Shown here piece after piece: positions 7,776-18,545 of a DNA stretch of 64,000 bases. The notes under the pieces are model-generated. The model was not told where the DNA came from, did not search any database, and saw nothing but the letters and a program-made list of their open reading frames with translations. The first letter of the stretch is position 1. Each line of letters begins with the position of its first letter. The stretch comes from Eubacteriales bacterium (GTDB taxonomy: Bacteria > Bacillota > Clostridia > Oscillospirales > CAG-272), in NCBI GenBank assembly GCA_045659905.1, contig JAZRCT010000039.1, positions 8,331 through 72,330 of the forward strand, given 5' to 3'. The position numbers and the translations under genes are program-made.

Positions 7776-10700
7776 AGAAGAATGAAATCTGATTGGTTCT
7801 CGAAAGATTGCCAAGCGCCCCGTTATTATAAAGAAGCTCTATTACCGCATTTGAAACTCCTGAAAATTCACGAAGCTCCTGCATAGAAAGAATAGTATGC
7901 TTATTTCTTGCTTCTACCAGCTTCTCACCTGCCGTATCTCCAAGACCGGGCAAGGAATTTAGGGGCATTCTGATTTTACCGTCCTCGGGAAGGAAGGCTT
8001 TTGCGTCGGATTTCCAGAGGTTGACGGGAAGAAACTCAACGCCTCTTGCCAGCGCTTCTCTTACGAGCTGCATTGTGGCAAGCATTTCGTTGTCCTTAGC
8101 GGTTGCCTCCTGACCTTTCTTTTCTATTTCCGATATCGCCTCGCTTACAGCGGTATACCCTTTAGCAACTATTTCGGCATTGAAGCCGCCGGGTGCTACC
8201 GTAAAGAACGCTGCATAAAATTCCATAGGATAATAAATCTTATACCAGCAAAGACGGATAGCAGACATAACGTATGCGGCGGCGTGCGCCTTAGGGAACA
8301 TATATTTTATCTTTTTGCAGGACGCTATATACCAATCGGGCACGTCGTGCTCACGCATTATAGCCTCCCACTCTGGGGTAAGTCCCTTACCCTTTCTTAC
8401 CGATTCCATTATTTTAAATGAGGTGGAGTCGTCGACGTTGTGACGGATAAGATAAAGCATTATACCGTCACGAGTGCCTATAACCTCGGAAATCGTACAA
8501 ATTCCCTGCTTTATTAAATCCTGACCGTTGCCAAGCCAAACGTCAGTGCCGTGCGTAAGTCCCGATATCTGAAGAAGGTCGGCAAAGGTCTTGGGCTGTG
8601 CGTCTATCAGAACCTGCTGAATAAACTTAGTACCCATTTCGGGGATTCCGAACGTACCGAGCTGAACTCCGCCTATGTCCTCGGGAGTAATACCCAGCGG
8701 CTTTGTAGAGTGGAACAGCTCATATATGCTCTTATCGTTCATTTTGACGTCAAGTACGCTCGTACCAGTATACTTTTCGAGCATCTTGTATTTCGTCGGC
8801 ATATCGTGTCCAAGCTCGTCGAGCTTAAGGATTGTATCGTGAAGATAAGAGAATTGATAGTGCGTCGTGATAATATCCGAATTCGGGTCGTCGGCGGGAT
8901 GCTGTATGGGAGAGAAATCGTAAATCTCATATTCGGTGGGTACTACTATTATACCGCCGGGATGCTGGCTGGTAGTTCTCTTAATACCAACCATTTTGGT
9001 AACCATATAATCAATTTGCGCCTTGGGAATAGCAATTCTCTTCTCCTCAAGGTACTTATTGACGTATCCCCAAGCCGTCTTATCGGCAAGCGTACCGATA
9101 GTTCCCGCTCTGAAAACGTGCCCCTCACCGAAAAGCTCCTCGGTGTATTTATGCACCTTACCCTGGACGTCGCCTGAGAAATTAAGGTCTATATCGGGCG
9201 ATTTATCGCCGTAAAAGCCAAGGAAGGTTTCAAATGGGATATCGTGACCGTCCATTATAAGCGGCTCGCCACAAACGGGGCAATTCTTATCGTCAAGGTC
9301 GAAGCCCGAGCCTACGCTGCCGTCGGTGAAAAATTCGCTGTAACGGCATTTCGGACACCTATAATGCGGCGGCAAGGGATTTACCTCGGAAATTCCCGAC
9401 ATAGTAGCAACGAACGACGAGCCGACCGAGCCTCTTGAGCCGACGAGATAACCTAACGATTCGGAATACGCAACGAGCTTTACTGCAATCATATAAAGCA
9501 CGGCAAAGCCGTTGCCTATAATAGAATCAAGCTCCCTTTTAAGTCTTTTCTCGACGACCTCGGGCAAGGTATCGCCGTACCAGTCGTGAGCACGCTTCCA
9601 GCAGGATTCGGTAAGCTCCTCGGCTGCGCCGTCGATATTCGGCTCGTATCTGCCCTTAGGAATAGGACGGATTTTCTCGCACATATCGGCAATTTTATTG
9701 GTATTTTCAACTACTACCTCAAAAGCTGCCTCCTCGCCAAGATATTGAAACTCCTTCAGCATCTCGTCGGTGGTACGAAGATATATAGGGAGCGGCTTAT
9801 CAGCATCCTTGAATTTCATACCTGCAAGCAAAATTCTGCGGTATAGCTCGTCCTCCTTATTTAAGAAGTGCGCATCGCAGGTGGCGACTACCGGCTTTCC
9901 GAGCTTCTTTCCAAGCTCGTAAATTTTCTTGTTGATTTGACGAAGTCCCTCCTCGTCTGCGACCTTGCCCTCTGCAATAAGGAAATTATTGTTGGCTATC
10001 GGCTGAATCTCAAAATAATCGTAGAACGAAGCTATATCTTCAATTTCCTGCTCGCTTCTTCCGTCAAGAATAGCTCTAAACAGCTCTCCTGCCTCGCACG
10101 CAGAGCCTATAATCAACCCCTCTCTGTGCTCATCGAGCACGGATTTCGGTATTCTGGGATTTCGCTTATAATAATTGAGATAGCTCAGCGAAATAAGCTT
10201 ATAAAGATTCTTTAAGCCTACAAGATTCTTAGCAAGTATTATCATATGATAGCTTGGAAGCTTCAGGGGGTCGGACTTCTCGCTCATCATATTCATCATA
10301 TAGTCAAAGGTATCAACACCCTCGCTTTTTAAGCGTGAGATCATTTCAAAGAATATATACGCAAGTACGGTAGCATCGTCGGAGGCTCTGTGATGGTGGA
10401 AATCTCCAAGCTTATAATATTCCGCTATCGTATCAAGCTTATGATTTTTAAGGTCGGAATTCACGTATTTTGAAAGTCCTACCGTATCAAGATAGGAATT
10501 CGTAAACTCGTATCCGCACCTCTCTGCGGCAACTCTTATGAAGCCTACGTCGAAGGCGGCGTTGTGTGCTATCAGCATTCTGTCGCCAACGAAATCGAAA
10601 AACTGTAAAAGCGCCTCCTTCTCCTTGGGAGCGCCCTTTACCATATCGTCGGTAATAGAGGTAAGCTCGGTAATTTTTGCAGGTATAGGCTCTTCGGGGT

Positions 10701-12183
10701 CGACGAATATATCCATCGTATCGAGGATTTCGCCGTTTTTGATTTTTACAGCTCCGATTTCTATAATTTTGCAGGTTCTGTTGGAAAGCCCCGTAGTCTC
10801 AAGGTCGAATACTACCATTTCGTCCTCAAACGACGGATAATTGCTACCAAACATACATCTTGCGGTATCGTTGACGAAATACGCCTCCATACCGTAAAGC
10901 ACCTTAAGGCTCTTGCCGTCTGACTCCGCCTTATCCACCTCAAGCATTATTTCGGGAAAGCCCTGCACGTTGCCGTGGTCGGTAACGGCGATAGCCGAAT
11001 GCCCCCATCTTATGGCGGTAGTTACAAGCTCCTTTGGCGTTATAAGAGCGTCCATCTGCGACATATTGGTATGTAAATGAAGCTCTACACGCTTTTTCTC
11101 TGCGATATCCTGTCGCTCCTCTACCGAAATTTTCATACAGGAGCGTATAGATATAAAGGGCTCGTTGTCAAATCTATCGTTCATAAGCTTGCCGAAGACT
11201 GCAATATGCATTCCCGGCTTAAAGGATTTTACTACCCCTTTTTCCTCAATTTGTAAAGATTTCTTAGCATATATGCCAGCCGAGCCATCTGATATACCTA
11301 TTGTAAGCGTGATTCTATCACCGCTTCTTGATTCTTTTCCGTCGACGCTGAACACCGTTCCTAAAAAAACTGCGTTGCCTCTTGATGAGCTTATATCCGA
11401 AAGCGGCACAGCCTCCTCTATAACGAAGCTTTCTCCGTACAGCTCGCTTGGCGCACTCGTATCGTATACCGTCGCACCTCGCTTGAATTTGGTATCCGAA
11501 ATATCCGAATTCATACCAGTAGCCATTGATATTCCCGAGCGCTTCTCAAAATCGTAATGCGGATCATTGGCTCTTGCCTCCGCTTCTCTTTGCTCCTTTA
11601 TACGAAGGAACTCCTCACGGGCGCTTCTTTTCGCCTCCTCCTGTGCATTGCGAAGTCTGGTGGCTCTCCGTCTTTCAATTTCCTCGGCTCTAATTGCCGC
11701 ATAAGCGCCCTCTTTTATGGATATTTTACGCTCGACGCCGTATCGGCTTCTCAATATATTACTCAAAATCACTTCGGTATTAGCGCTTTTTACAAAATCT
11801 ATTCCGCAAGAGTAATACGGAAGCTCTACGGTGACTGTATCCCCATCGTCTGAATACTGCGCTCCCGAAAAGAAGCCGTTAGTGACCGCTCCGCAAAGCG
11901 ATGCTTCGGTGGTAATTTCGGAAAAATATCCTATTTCAAATATTTCCTTTGGGAAATGAGGCAGAATTTTAAAGCTTGCCGCATCGTAAAGAGCGCAGCA
12001 CTCGTCCTCTATTTCATATATAAGCTCGGCATCCTCGTGAGAATCAAAGCTTAGCTCGACCTCTACTCGCATAGGGTCCTTTGTGTATCTGAATTTCGCG
12101 TCCTTGCCACGGTTAAGCAAAGCCTTTTTTTCTTCGTCAGGCTTGTACCTAAGAAAGACGTCAAAGAAATTTTTATCTGCCAT
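7774..12183 (-). CDS. polC: DNA polymerase III, PolC-type
   Basis: PHP domain (ELHLHTNMS, TDHG), embedded DEDDh exonuclease (VFDLETTG), SPDIDLNFSG, YMFPKAHAAAY; 1469 aa. Confidence 0.97.
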   Translation of the reverse strand: MADKNFFDVFLRYKPDEEKKALLNRGKDAKFRYTKDPMRVEVELSFDSHEDAELIYEIEDECCALYDAASFKILPHFPKEIFEIGYFSEITTEASLCGAVTNGFFSGAQYSDDGDTVTVELPYYSCGIDFVKSANTEVILSNILRSRYGVERKISIKEGAYAAIRAEEIERRRATRLRNAQEEAKRSAREEFLRIKEQREAEARANDPHYDFEKRSGISMATGMNSDISDTKFKRGATVYDTSAPSELYGESFVIEEAVPLSDISSSRGNAVFLGTVFSVDGKESRSGDRITLTIGISDGSAGIYAKKSLQIEEKGVVKSFKPGMHIAVFGKLMNDRFDNEPFISIRSCMKISVEERQDIAEKKRVELHLHTNMSQMDALITPKELVTTAIRWGHSAIAVTDHGNVQGFPEIMLEVDKAESDGKSLKVLYGMEAYFVNDTARCMFGSNYPSFEDEMVVFDLETTGLSNRTCKIIEIGAVKIKNGEILDTMDIFVDPEEPIPAKITELTSITDDMVKGAPKEKEALLQFFDFVGDRMLIAHNAAFDVGFIRVAAERCGYEFTNSYLDTVGLSKYVNSDLKNHKLDTIAEYYKLGDFHHHRASDDATVLAYIFFEMISRLKSEGVDTFDYMMNMMSEKSDPLKLPSYHMIILAKNLVGLKNLYKLISLSYLNYYKRNPRIPKSVLDEHREGLIIGSACEAGELFRAILDGRSEQEIEDIASFYDYFEIQPIANNNFLIAEGKVADEEGLRQINKKIYELGKKLGKPVVATCDAHFLNKEDELYRRILLAGMKFKDADKPLPIYLRTTDEMLKEFQYLGEEAAFEVVVENTNKIADMCEKIRPIPKGRYEPNIDGAAEELTESCWKRAHDWYGDTLPEVVEKRLKRELDSIIGNGFAVLYMIAVKLVAYSESLGYLVGSRGSVGSSFVATMSGISEVNPLPPHYRCPKCRYSEFFTDGSVGSGFDLDDKNCPVCGEPLIMDGHDIPFETFLGFYGDKSPDIDLNFSGDVQGKVHKYTEELFGEGHVFRAGTIGTLADKTAWGYVNKYLEEKRIAIPKAQIDYMVTKMVGIKRTTSQHPGGIIVVPTEYEIYDFSPIQHPADDPNSDIITTHYQFSYLHDTILKLDELGHDMPTKYKMLEKYTGTSVLDVKMNDKSIYELFHSTKPLGITPEDIGGVQLGTFGIPEMGTKFIQQVLIDAQPKTFADLLQISGLTHGTDVWLGNGQDLIKQGICTISEVIGTRDGIMLYLIRHNVDDSTSFKIMESVRKGKGLTPEWEAIMREHDVPDWYIASCKKIKYMFPKAHAAAYVMSAIRLCWYKIYYPMEFYAAFFTVAPGGFNAEIVAKGYTAVSEAISEIEKKGQEATAKDNEMLATMQLVREALARGVEFLPVNLWKSDAKAFLPEDGKIRMPLNSLPGLGDTAGEKLVEARNKHTILSMQELREFSGVSNAVIELLYNNGALGNLSRTNQISFF

Positions 12184-12211
12184 TTCTACTCCCTAGCTAC
12201 GAGGGAATACC

Positions 12212-13288
12212 TCATAGCCTTTTTATTTCGTCAATAAGAGCATCTATCAGCTGCTCTTCCCTTACCTTTTTGTAAATCTCGCCGTGCTTGAATATAAGCC
12301 CCTCGCCGGCTCCGCCTGCAATTCCTATATCAGCCTCACGGGCTTCACCGGGACCGTTTACCGCACAGCCCATAAGAGCAACCTTTATATTTTTGGAATA
12401 CAACCCCTCTTGCTTCGCTCTTCGTTCAAACTCTCTTACGAGCGGTATTAGGTCAATTTTGGTTCTGCCGCAGGTAGGACAGGATACAATATTCATTCCG
12501 CCATCGCCTAAAAGGTCAAGGGCTGTGAGGATTGACCTTGCCGCCGCAACCTCCTCCTCCGGCTTATCGGTAAGAGAGACTCTCACCGTATCGCCTATTC
12601 CCAGAGACAAAAGCGTGCCTATGCCGATTGAGCTTTTAATAAGACCTGCATTGCCAAAGCCAGCCTCGGTCACACCGAGATGTAAGGGATAGCTTGTCCT
12701 TTCTGCTAAAATTCGATTAGCCTTTATCATCATATTGACGTCCGATGCCTTAACCGAAATAACTATATCCTGAAAATCAAGCTCACGCAGCATATCGGCG
12801 TGATAAAGAGCGCTTTCGACTAAGGCTTCGGCAGTAACGCCCTGATACTTTTTTAATATATGAGCCTCAAGCGAGCCTGAATTTACGCCTATTCTTATCG
12901 GCACTTTATTCTTACGGCACGCTGCAACTACCTCTTTTACCTTATCGGAAGAGCCGATATTTCCGGGATTTATTCTTATCTTATCCGCACCCATTTCGGC
13001 TGCGGCTATTGCTATCTTATAATCAAAATGAACGTCCGCAACGAGCGGGATTTCTAAGCCCTTATCCTTAATATACTTAAAGGTGCGGCAAGATTCTATG
13101 CTCGGCGCTGTAAGACGCACTATATCGCACCCCGCACGGAAAAGGCTTAAAACCTGATTCAGGGTAGCTTCTCTATTCTCCGTATCGGTATTCGTCATTG
13201 ACTGTATAGCAATTTTTGCATTTGCGCCTATTTTGATTTTACCGACGCCAACTTCACTGCTCTTTCTGCGGTAAGAATTATAATCCAT
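12212..13288 (-). CDS. ispG: HMBPP synthase (flavodoxin/ferredoxin)
   Basis: IQSMTNT, RINPGNIG, CPTCGR...MGCAVNGPGE; start taken at ATG 13288 behind GGGAG. Confidence 0.96.
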   Translation of the reverse strand: MDYNSYRRKSSEVGVGKIKIGANAKIAIQSMTNTDTENREATLNQVLSLFRAGCDIVRLTAPSIESCRTFKYIKDKGLEIPLVADVHFDYKIAIAAAEMGADKIRINPGNIGSSDKVKEVVAACRKNKVPIRIGVNSGSLEAHILKKYQGVTAEALVESALYHADMLRELDFQDIVISVKASDVNMMIKANRILAERTSYPLHLGVTEAGFGNAGLIKSSIGIGTLLSLGIGDTVRVSLTDKPEEEVAAARSILTALDLLGDGGMNIVSCPTCGRTKIDLIPLVREFERRAKQEGLYSKNIKVALMGCAVNGPGEAREADIGIAGGAGEGLIFKHGEIYKKVREEQLIDALIDEIKRL

Positions 13289-13327
13289 AAGAAAAGCTCC
13301 CTTCATAAAATAAATATAAAAAACAGA

Positions 13328-14389
13328 TTATCCAATCAGCGTAACTATATCCTTCACCATTATTACCGCCGAAAGTCCAAGCAGAAGCACAAGACCTACA
13401 CCGTTGATAATACCCTCCACCTTTGGTGGCAGCTTCTTTCTCGTAATCATTTCAAAGAGTATCATAAGCAGCCGTCCGCCGTCAAGAGCAGGTAGCGGCA
13501 AAAGATTCATTACGCCAAGATTTATGCTGATTAGCACCACTATATACAAAAGCGAAGCAAAGCCTGCGCTTGCAGCCTCGCCTATTGCGCTTGAAATTCC
13601 AACAGGTCCTGACACCGCAGCAATAGTATATCTTCCCCGTATAAGGTCAATTATCGATTCCCAGCACATTCTTACTATGAGTACAGATTTACGCCACGAA
13701 TATTTCATAACCGTGCCAAAATCCTTATCCTTGGCGTACACCAAAAAATCTCTTACGCCAAAGGTTTGTCCCTGAGATTCCTCGGTGGGAAATACGACGT
13801 CGTAAAGCTCTACGGTCTCTCCGTTTCTTATAACGGTAAGGTCAATCGGCTTATTTCCGTTACGCATAATTTCGTAAGAAAGCTCGTCGAGTATAGCTAC
13901 ACGCTTTCCCTCGACTCTTATTATTTCGTCGCCAATCATAAGCCCTGAATCCTCAGAGGAAATAATATAGCCGGATTCTTCCTCAGTATAAAACTTACCT
14001 ACCGTGGTATCACCGATATTGATAATAGCCGTAAGAAGTATCATAGCTAAAAATCCTGCTATGATATTAACAGCTGCGCCCGCAAGGACTACTATAAATC
14101 TTTTAAATGCAGGCTTTTTATCAAATGTATTGGGGTCGCTTGCATACGCCTCGCTTTCGCCGTCCTCTCCCGGCATCATAACGAAGCCGCCTATTGGGAA
14201 CATCGCAAGCGAATATATTATTTTGGTCTTTTTCGATTCGTAGGAAAGCAGCCTTGGGCCCATTCCTATTGAAAATTCTTCTATCGTAATATGGAAAAGT
14301 CTTGCGGTGATGTAATGTCCGAATTCGTGTATAAAAATCAGAAATCCAAACACCAATATTGCCGAAACAACGGTAATAACTGTACTCAA
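13328..14389 (-). CDS. rseP: RIP metalloprotease (M50) with PDZ domain
   Basis: HEFGH and NLLPLPALDGG motifs; conserved position. Confidence 0.94.
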   Translation of the reverse strand: MSTVITVVSAILVFGFLIFIHEFGHYITARLFHITIEEFSIGMGPRLLSYESKKTKIIYSLAMFPIGGFVMMPGEDGESEAYASDPNTFDKKPAFKRFIVVLAGAAVNIIAGFLAMILLTAIINIGDTTVGKFYTEEESGYIISSEDSGLMIGDEIIRVEGKRVAILDELSYEIMRNGNKPIDLTVIRNGETVELYDVVFPTEESQGQTFGVRDFLVYAKDKDFGTVMKYSWRKSVLIVRMCWESIIDLIRGRYTIAAVSGPVGISSAIGEAASAGFASLLYIVVLISINLGVMNLLPLPALDGGRLLMILFEMITRKKLPPKVEGIINGVGLVLLLGLSAVIMVKDIVTLIG

Positions 14390-14391
14390 TC

Positions 14392-15546
14392 CTATATTCT
14401 CCTTAAAATTTCGAGGGCTACCGAGCGAGCCTCACGATCCATTTCTATTATTCCGTCAAGGCTATTTACGCTCTCCTTGCCACCTATGGCGTCGTAGGTA
14501 GCGATAACTGCCTCGCTGATTTTGGTAAATTTGATTTTTTCATTTAAAAATGCCTCGACACACACCTCGTCAGCAGCATTCATTACTGCGCAGGACGCAC
14601 CTCCGTCCTTCATAGCACGGGCGCTGAGAGAAAGCAGCGGAAACGCCTCAAAATCAGGCTCAAAAAAGCTGAGCTTGCCTATCTTGATAAGGTCAAGCTG
14701 CTCCGATACCGCAGGCATTCTGTCGGGATAATCGACTGCGTACTGCACGCACATACGCATATCGGGAACGGAAAATTCACCTATTATACTGTTATCTATA
14801 TATTCAACTGCCGAATGAAGTATGCTTTCTCTGTGAATAACAACCTTTATTTTATCGGCGCTTACCGAAAACAGATGCGCAGCCTCAACTATCTCAAAGC
14901 CCTTATTCATAAGTGTTGCCGAATCAATAGTGATTTTCCTGCCCATTTTCCAGGTGGGGTGCGCAAGCGTATCGGCAAGGGATACGCCCTCAAGCTCTGC
15001 CCTAGTCTTACCGAAAAAAGGACCTCCCGATGCTGTGAGTATAATATTCTTTATTTCGCTCCGCTTGCCCGATTTCAACGACTGATAAATTGCCGAATGC
15101 TCGCTGTCAACCGGCAAAATCTCAACGCCATTCGCTCTCGCCCTTGCCATAACTATATTTCCCGCAATTACCAGCGATTCCTTGTTGGCAAGTGCAAGTC
15201 TTTTCTTAGCATCAATAACGGCAAGAGTGGGACGTAAGCCCGCTTCGCCAAGTATGGAATTGACTGCCACCGAGGACTCCGAGCGCAAAATACCCTCTAT
15301 AATTCCCTCGTCAGAGGACAAAACCTCAATATTCGTATCAGCAAGTCGACACTTCAAATCCTGTGCCGCACGCTCGTCTTGCATAGCGACAAGCTTCGGC
15401 GAAAACTCTCTTGCAAGCTTCTCCATAAGATCCGCATTTTTGCCTGCCGTAAGCAGGTCAACCTTATAGCCTCTGGCTCTTGCAACGTCGAGCGCCTGAG
15501 TGCCAACCGAGCCCGTAGCGCCAAGCACGCTTATAATTTTGCTCAT
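14392..15546 (-). CDS. dxr: 1-deoxy-D-xylulose-5-phosphate reductoisomerase
   Basis: LGATGSVG, LANKESL, PVDSEHSA, TASGGPF, HPTWKMG; start taken at ATG 15546. Confidence 0.96.
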   Translation of the reverse strand: MSKIISVLGATGSVGTQALDVARARGYKVDLLTAGKNADLMEKLAREFSPKLVAMQDERAAQDLKCRLADTNIEVLSSDEGIIEGILRSESSVAVNSILGEAGLRPTLAVIDAKKRLALANKESLVIAGNIVMARARANGVEILPVDSEHSAIYQSLKSGKRSEIKNIILTASGGPFFGKTRAELEGVSLADTLAHPTWKMGRKITIDSATLMNKGFEIVEAAHLFSVSADKIKVVIHRESILHSAVEYIDNSIIGEFSVPDMRMCVQYAVDYPDRMPAVSEQLDLIKIGKLSFFEPDFEAFPLLSLSARAMKDGGASCAVMNAADEVCVEAFLNEKIKFTKISEAVIATYDAIGGKESVNSLDGIIEMDREARSVALEILRRI

Positions 15547-15591
15547 AAATCCCCCAGTATAAAAGAGGTTGCGCTTCACGCAACCCTTTTA

Positions 15592-16431
15592 TTATTTTAC
15601 AATGAATATCGGGAACAGGTAGGAAATTGCCAGAAGCGGCATCGTAATTGCTATTATTGAATCGAATCGGTCAAGAATACCGCCGTGTCCCGGAAGCAAA
15701 TAGCCGTAGTCCTTTATTCCTCTTTCTCGCTTAACTGCCGAGGCGAATAAATCTCCAATCTGAGAAGCAATCGACAAAATCGGCGCAAAAATAGCAAGAG
15801 AAACGTAATTAACGCTTAAATTGGTGTCAATAAGCGTCACTATCAAGGCAAAAAGGAAGCAGCAGCCCGTACTGAAAACCACTCCTCCTATCGCACCCTC
15901 AACGGTCTTCTTAGGACTTATCACAGGAGCGAGCTTATGCTTGCCGATAAGGAATCCCGTAAGATATGCAAAAACGTCGGTAAACCAAGCTACTACGAAT
16001 ATAAGCATAAAGAGTGCAAAACCGACGCCCTCTATATTCCTTATAAGCGACATAGCCGAAAAGGAAACCACTACGTAAAGCATCATTACGAATACGCCTG
16101 AAAGCTCGGTATATTTATACTGACAATGGCAGAACACCGCAAGCACGAAATAGTAAATCATAAACGCAAACAGCGACAGTGCCATTGAGATAAAGAATAC
16201 CGTGAGGTCATTTTTAAGTACGTATGCAAGCACGGGCAGACCTGCGCTGATAAGATAAGCAGCGACGGATGGCAGAATCTTCTTTTCCAAAGAAAAGCAC
16301 TTAAGCACCTCGTATGCCGCAATAAAGCTCAGCAAGGCTACGATTATCGGGTAAAGAACCGTATGCGACAGAAATACAAACGGCAATGTAAAAAGCAATA
16401 TTGCCGCCGCTGTTAAGGTCCTGGTCTTCAC
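15592..16431 (-). CDS. cdsA: Phosphatidate cytidylyltransferase
   Basis: ISPKKTVEG, GDLFASAVKR, PGHGGILDRFDS. Confidence 0.95.
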   Translation of the reverse strand: MKTRTLTAAAILLFTLPFVFLSHTVLYPIIVALLSFIAAYEVLKCFSLEKKILPSVAAYLISAGLPVLAYVLKNDLTVFFISMALSLFAFMIYYFVLAVFCHCQYKYTELSGVFVMMLYVVVSFSAMSLIRNIEGVGFALFMLIFVVAWFTDVFAYLTGFLIGKHKLAPVISPKKTVEGAIGGVVFSTGCCFLFALIVTLIDTNLSVNYVSLAIFAPILSIASQIGDLFASAVKRERGIKDYGYLLPGHGGILDRFDSIIAITMPLLAISYLFPIFIVK

Positions 16432-17168
16432 GACTCATCCTCCTGATTCAAACCGCCAAATCGGCGTTTTCTCGAATAAAATTCCTTAATACAGTATTCG
16501 ATATCCTCTCTGCCAAAATCAGGCCAGAGGGTATCAATAAAAATAAGCTCCGAATATGCGCTTTGCCAAAGCAAGAAATTGGAAAGCCGTAGGTCGCCGC
16601 CCGTCCTGATTATAAGGTCGGGATCGGGTGTACCTGCGGTGTAGGTAAATCGAGAAAGATTTTCCTCGGTAAACTCAAGTCCCTCGGCAAAAATCCTGCT
16701 TGCGGCGTGAAGTATCTCGTCTCGTCCGCCGTAATTTATAGCAAGATTGCATACGAAAGGACGGTCTTTCGCCATATTCTCTATTTCTATGCATTTATTG
16801 CGAAGCTTCTCGGGTAAAACCGATTTATCTCCGAGAAATTTCATACAGAATTCGTCATCCTCACGAATTCTTTTGATAACCACCTCGTCAAGATATTTAT
16901 AGACGAGATTCATTATCGTATCTACCTCTTCCTTTGGTCTTTTCCAATTCTCGGTAGAAAAGGCGTAAAGCGTAACGCAATGAACGCCGTACTCTCTGAA
17001 TATTTCAAGCACACGCTCGATTATCATAGCGCCGTGCTTATGTCCAACGGTTCTCGGCATCAGCCTGCGCTTTGCCCATCTACCGTTGCCATCCATTATT
17101 ATTGCGACCGAATTAAGGCGTCCTTCGGCGTTTAATGACAGGTCGCCTTTTGAAGAGCTCTTTTTCAC
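16428..17168 (-). CDS. uppS: Undecaprenyl diphosphate synthase
   Basis: IIMDGNGRWA, FSTENWKRP, RTGGDLRLSNFLLWQ. Confidence 0.96.
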   Translation of the reverse strand: MKKSSSKGDLSLNAEGRLNSVAIIMDGNGRWAKRRLMPRTVGHKHGAMIIERVLEIFREYGVHCVTLYAFSTENWKRPKEEVDTIMNLVYKYLDEVVIKRIREDDEFCMKFLGDKSVLPEKLRNKCIEIENMAKDRPFVCNLAINYGGRDEILHAASRIFAEGLEFTEENLSRFTYTAGTPDPDLIIRTGGDLRLSNFLLWQSAYSELIFIDTLWPDFGREDIEYCIKEFYSRKRRFGGLNQEDES

Positions 17169-17174
17169 AGAAAC

Positions 17175-17729
17175 TTAAATCTCCATTATTTCCTTCGTTT
17201 TAGCAGAGGTAACAGCATCTACCTCCTTGATGTACTTGTCGGTGAGGTCCTGTATAGCCTTGTCGCTGCTCTTTGCCTCGTCCTCGGTCATCTCGGACTT
17301 CTTCTTCATATCCTTGGTCTTGTCGTTAGCGTCACGGCGGATATTTCTTATGGCAACCTTAGCGTCCTCGCCGAGCTTGGATACCTGCTTCGAAAGCTCC
17401 TTTCTTCTCTCCTCTGTCATAGGGGGGAAGGTAAGTCTTATGCAAGAGCCGTCATTCTGAGGGTGTATACCAAGGTCGGATGTGAGAATTGCCTTCTCTA
17501 TACCCTTCATTGCGCTCTTATCCCAAGCGGTGATGGTGAGCGTTCTCGCATCGGTAACCTTTATTTCAGCGATAGAGGAAATGAGCGTAGGCGCACCGTA
17601 ATAATCAACCTCTATCTTCTTAAGCACGTCAGGTGTGGCTCTTCCTGCACGGATTGTAGAAAGATTCTCCTTATATGAGCTAACGCTCTTGGTCATTCTT
17701 ACTTCATAATCTTTTGTATTGAGTTTCAT
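17175..17729 (-). CDS. frr: Ribosome recycling factor
   Basis: IRAGRA, PPMTEERRKEL, AKVAIRNIRRD. Confidence 0.97.
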   Translation of the reverse strand: MKLNTKDYEVRMTKSVSSYKENLSTIRAGRATPDVLKKIEVDYYGAPTLISSIAEIKVTDARTLTITAWDKSAMKGIEKAILTSDLGIHPQNDGSCIRLTFPPMTEERRKELSKQVSKLGEDAKVAIRNIRRDANDKTKDMKKKSEMTEDEAKSSDKAIQDLTDKYIKEVDAVTSAKTKEIMEI

Positions 17730-17764
17730 AAAATCTGTCTCCTTAAATAATTATCTGGTTTAAA

Positions 17765-18478
17765 TTATTCAGCGGTAACAACAGTACCTGCATAGTCCTC
17801 GCATACCGCTCTTACTATATCATCGGGGTCTTTAAGCCCGAACACTCTTATCGGCATTGAGGACGAAAGGCAAAATGCGGTAGCGGTAGCATCAATAGCC
17901 TTAAGATTCATAGCCAGAACCTCCGACGCCTTGACGCTTTCTAGCTTGACGGCGCTTTTGTCCTTTCTCGGATCTGCTGTGTATATGTAGTCTATATTCT
18001 TTGCCATAAGCATAGCGTCTGCGTCAATTTCGGCTGCTCTTACAGCGCCTGCAGTATCAGTGGAAAGGAAAGGAATTCCAAGTCCTGCTCCAAATATAAC
18101 CAGTTCTCCTGACGCAAGATATTCCTTAGCCTTATCGGAGGTGTAATTTTCGGCAAACGGCGACATAGCAACGGCGCTCATAACTCTCGCCCTTCCTCCT
18201 GCCCTCTCGAATGCATCCTTAAGGCAAATAGAATTAATCACCGTAGCAAGCATTCCCATTCGGTCGGCAGACGTACGGTCCATATCCTCGCTCTGTCTAC
18301 CTCGCCAGATATTGCCCGCTCCGACAACGACTGCGATTTCATAACCTCGCTTAGTGCATTCAAGAAGCGCAAGAGCAACTCTGTCAACGAAGCTCATATC
18401 ATAAATTTCACCGCTTCCCGCCGACAAAGCCTCTCCCGAAAGCTTAAGCAATACTCTCTTGTTTTTAATATCAGACAT
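17765..18478 (-). CDS. pyrH: UMP kinase
   Basis: LLKLSGEAL, GAGNIWRG, DRMGMLAT. Confidence 0.95.
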   Translation of the reverse strand: MSDIKNKRVLLKLSGEALSAGSGEIYDMSFVDRVALALLECTKRGYEIAVVVGAGNIWRGRQSEDMDRTSADRMGMLATVINSICLKDAFERAGGRARVMSAVAMSPFAENYTSDKAKEYLASGELVIFGAGLGIPFLSTDTAGAVRAAEIDADAMLMAKNIDYIYTADPRKDKSAVKLESVKASEVLAMNLKAIDATATAFCLSSSMPIRVFGLKDPDDIVRAVCEDYAGTVVTAE

Positions 18479-18545
18479 ACAGCTCTCTCCCGTATCTTTT
18501 AGTATATTACCCTTTTTGGTATTAATTTACAACGAATTGTTCAAA

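Noticed and set aside
7774-18478. pyrH-frr-uppS-cdsA-dxr-rseP-ispG-polC block
   Set aside because: Conserved clostridial gene order, normal lengths, no intein or insertion seen
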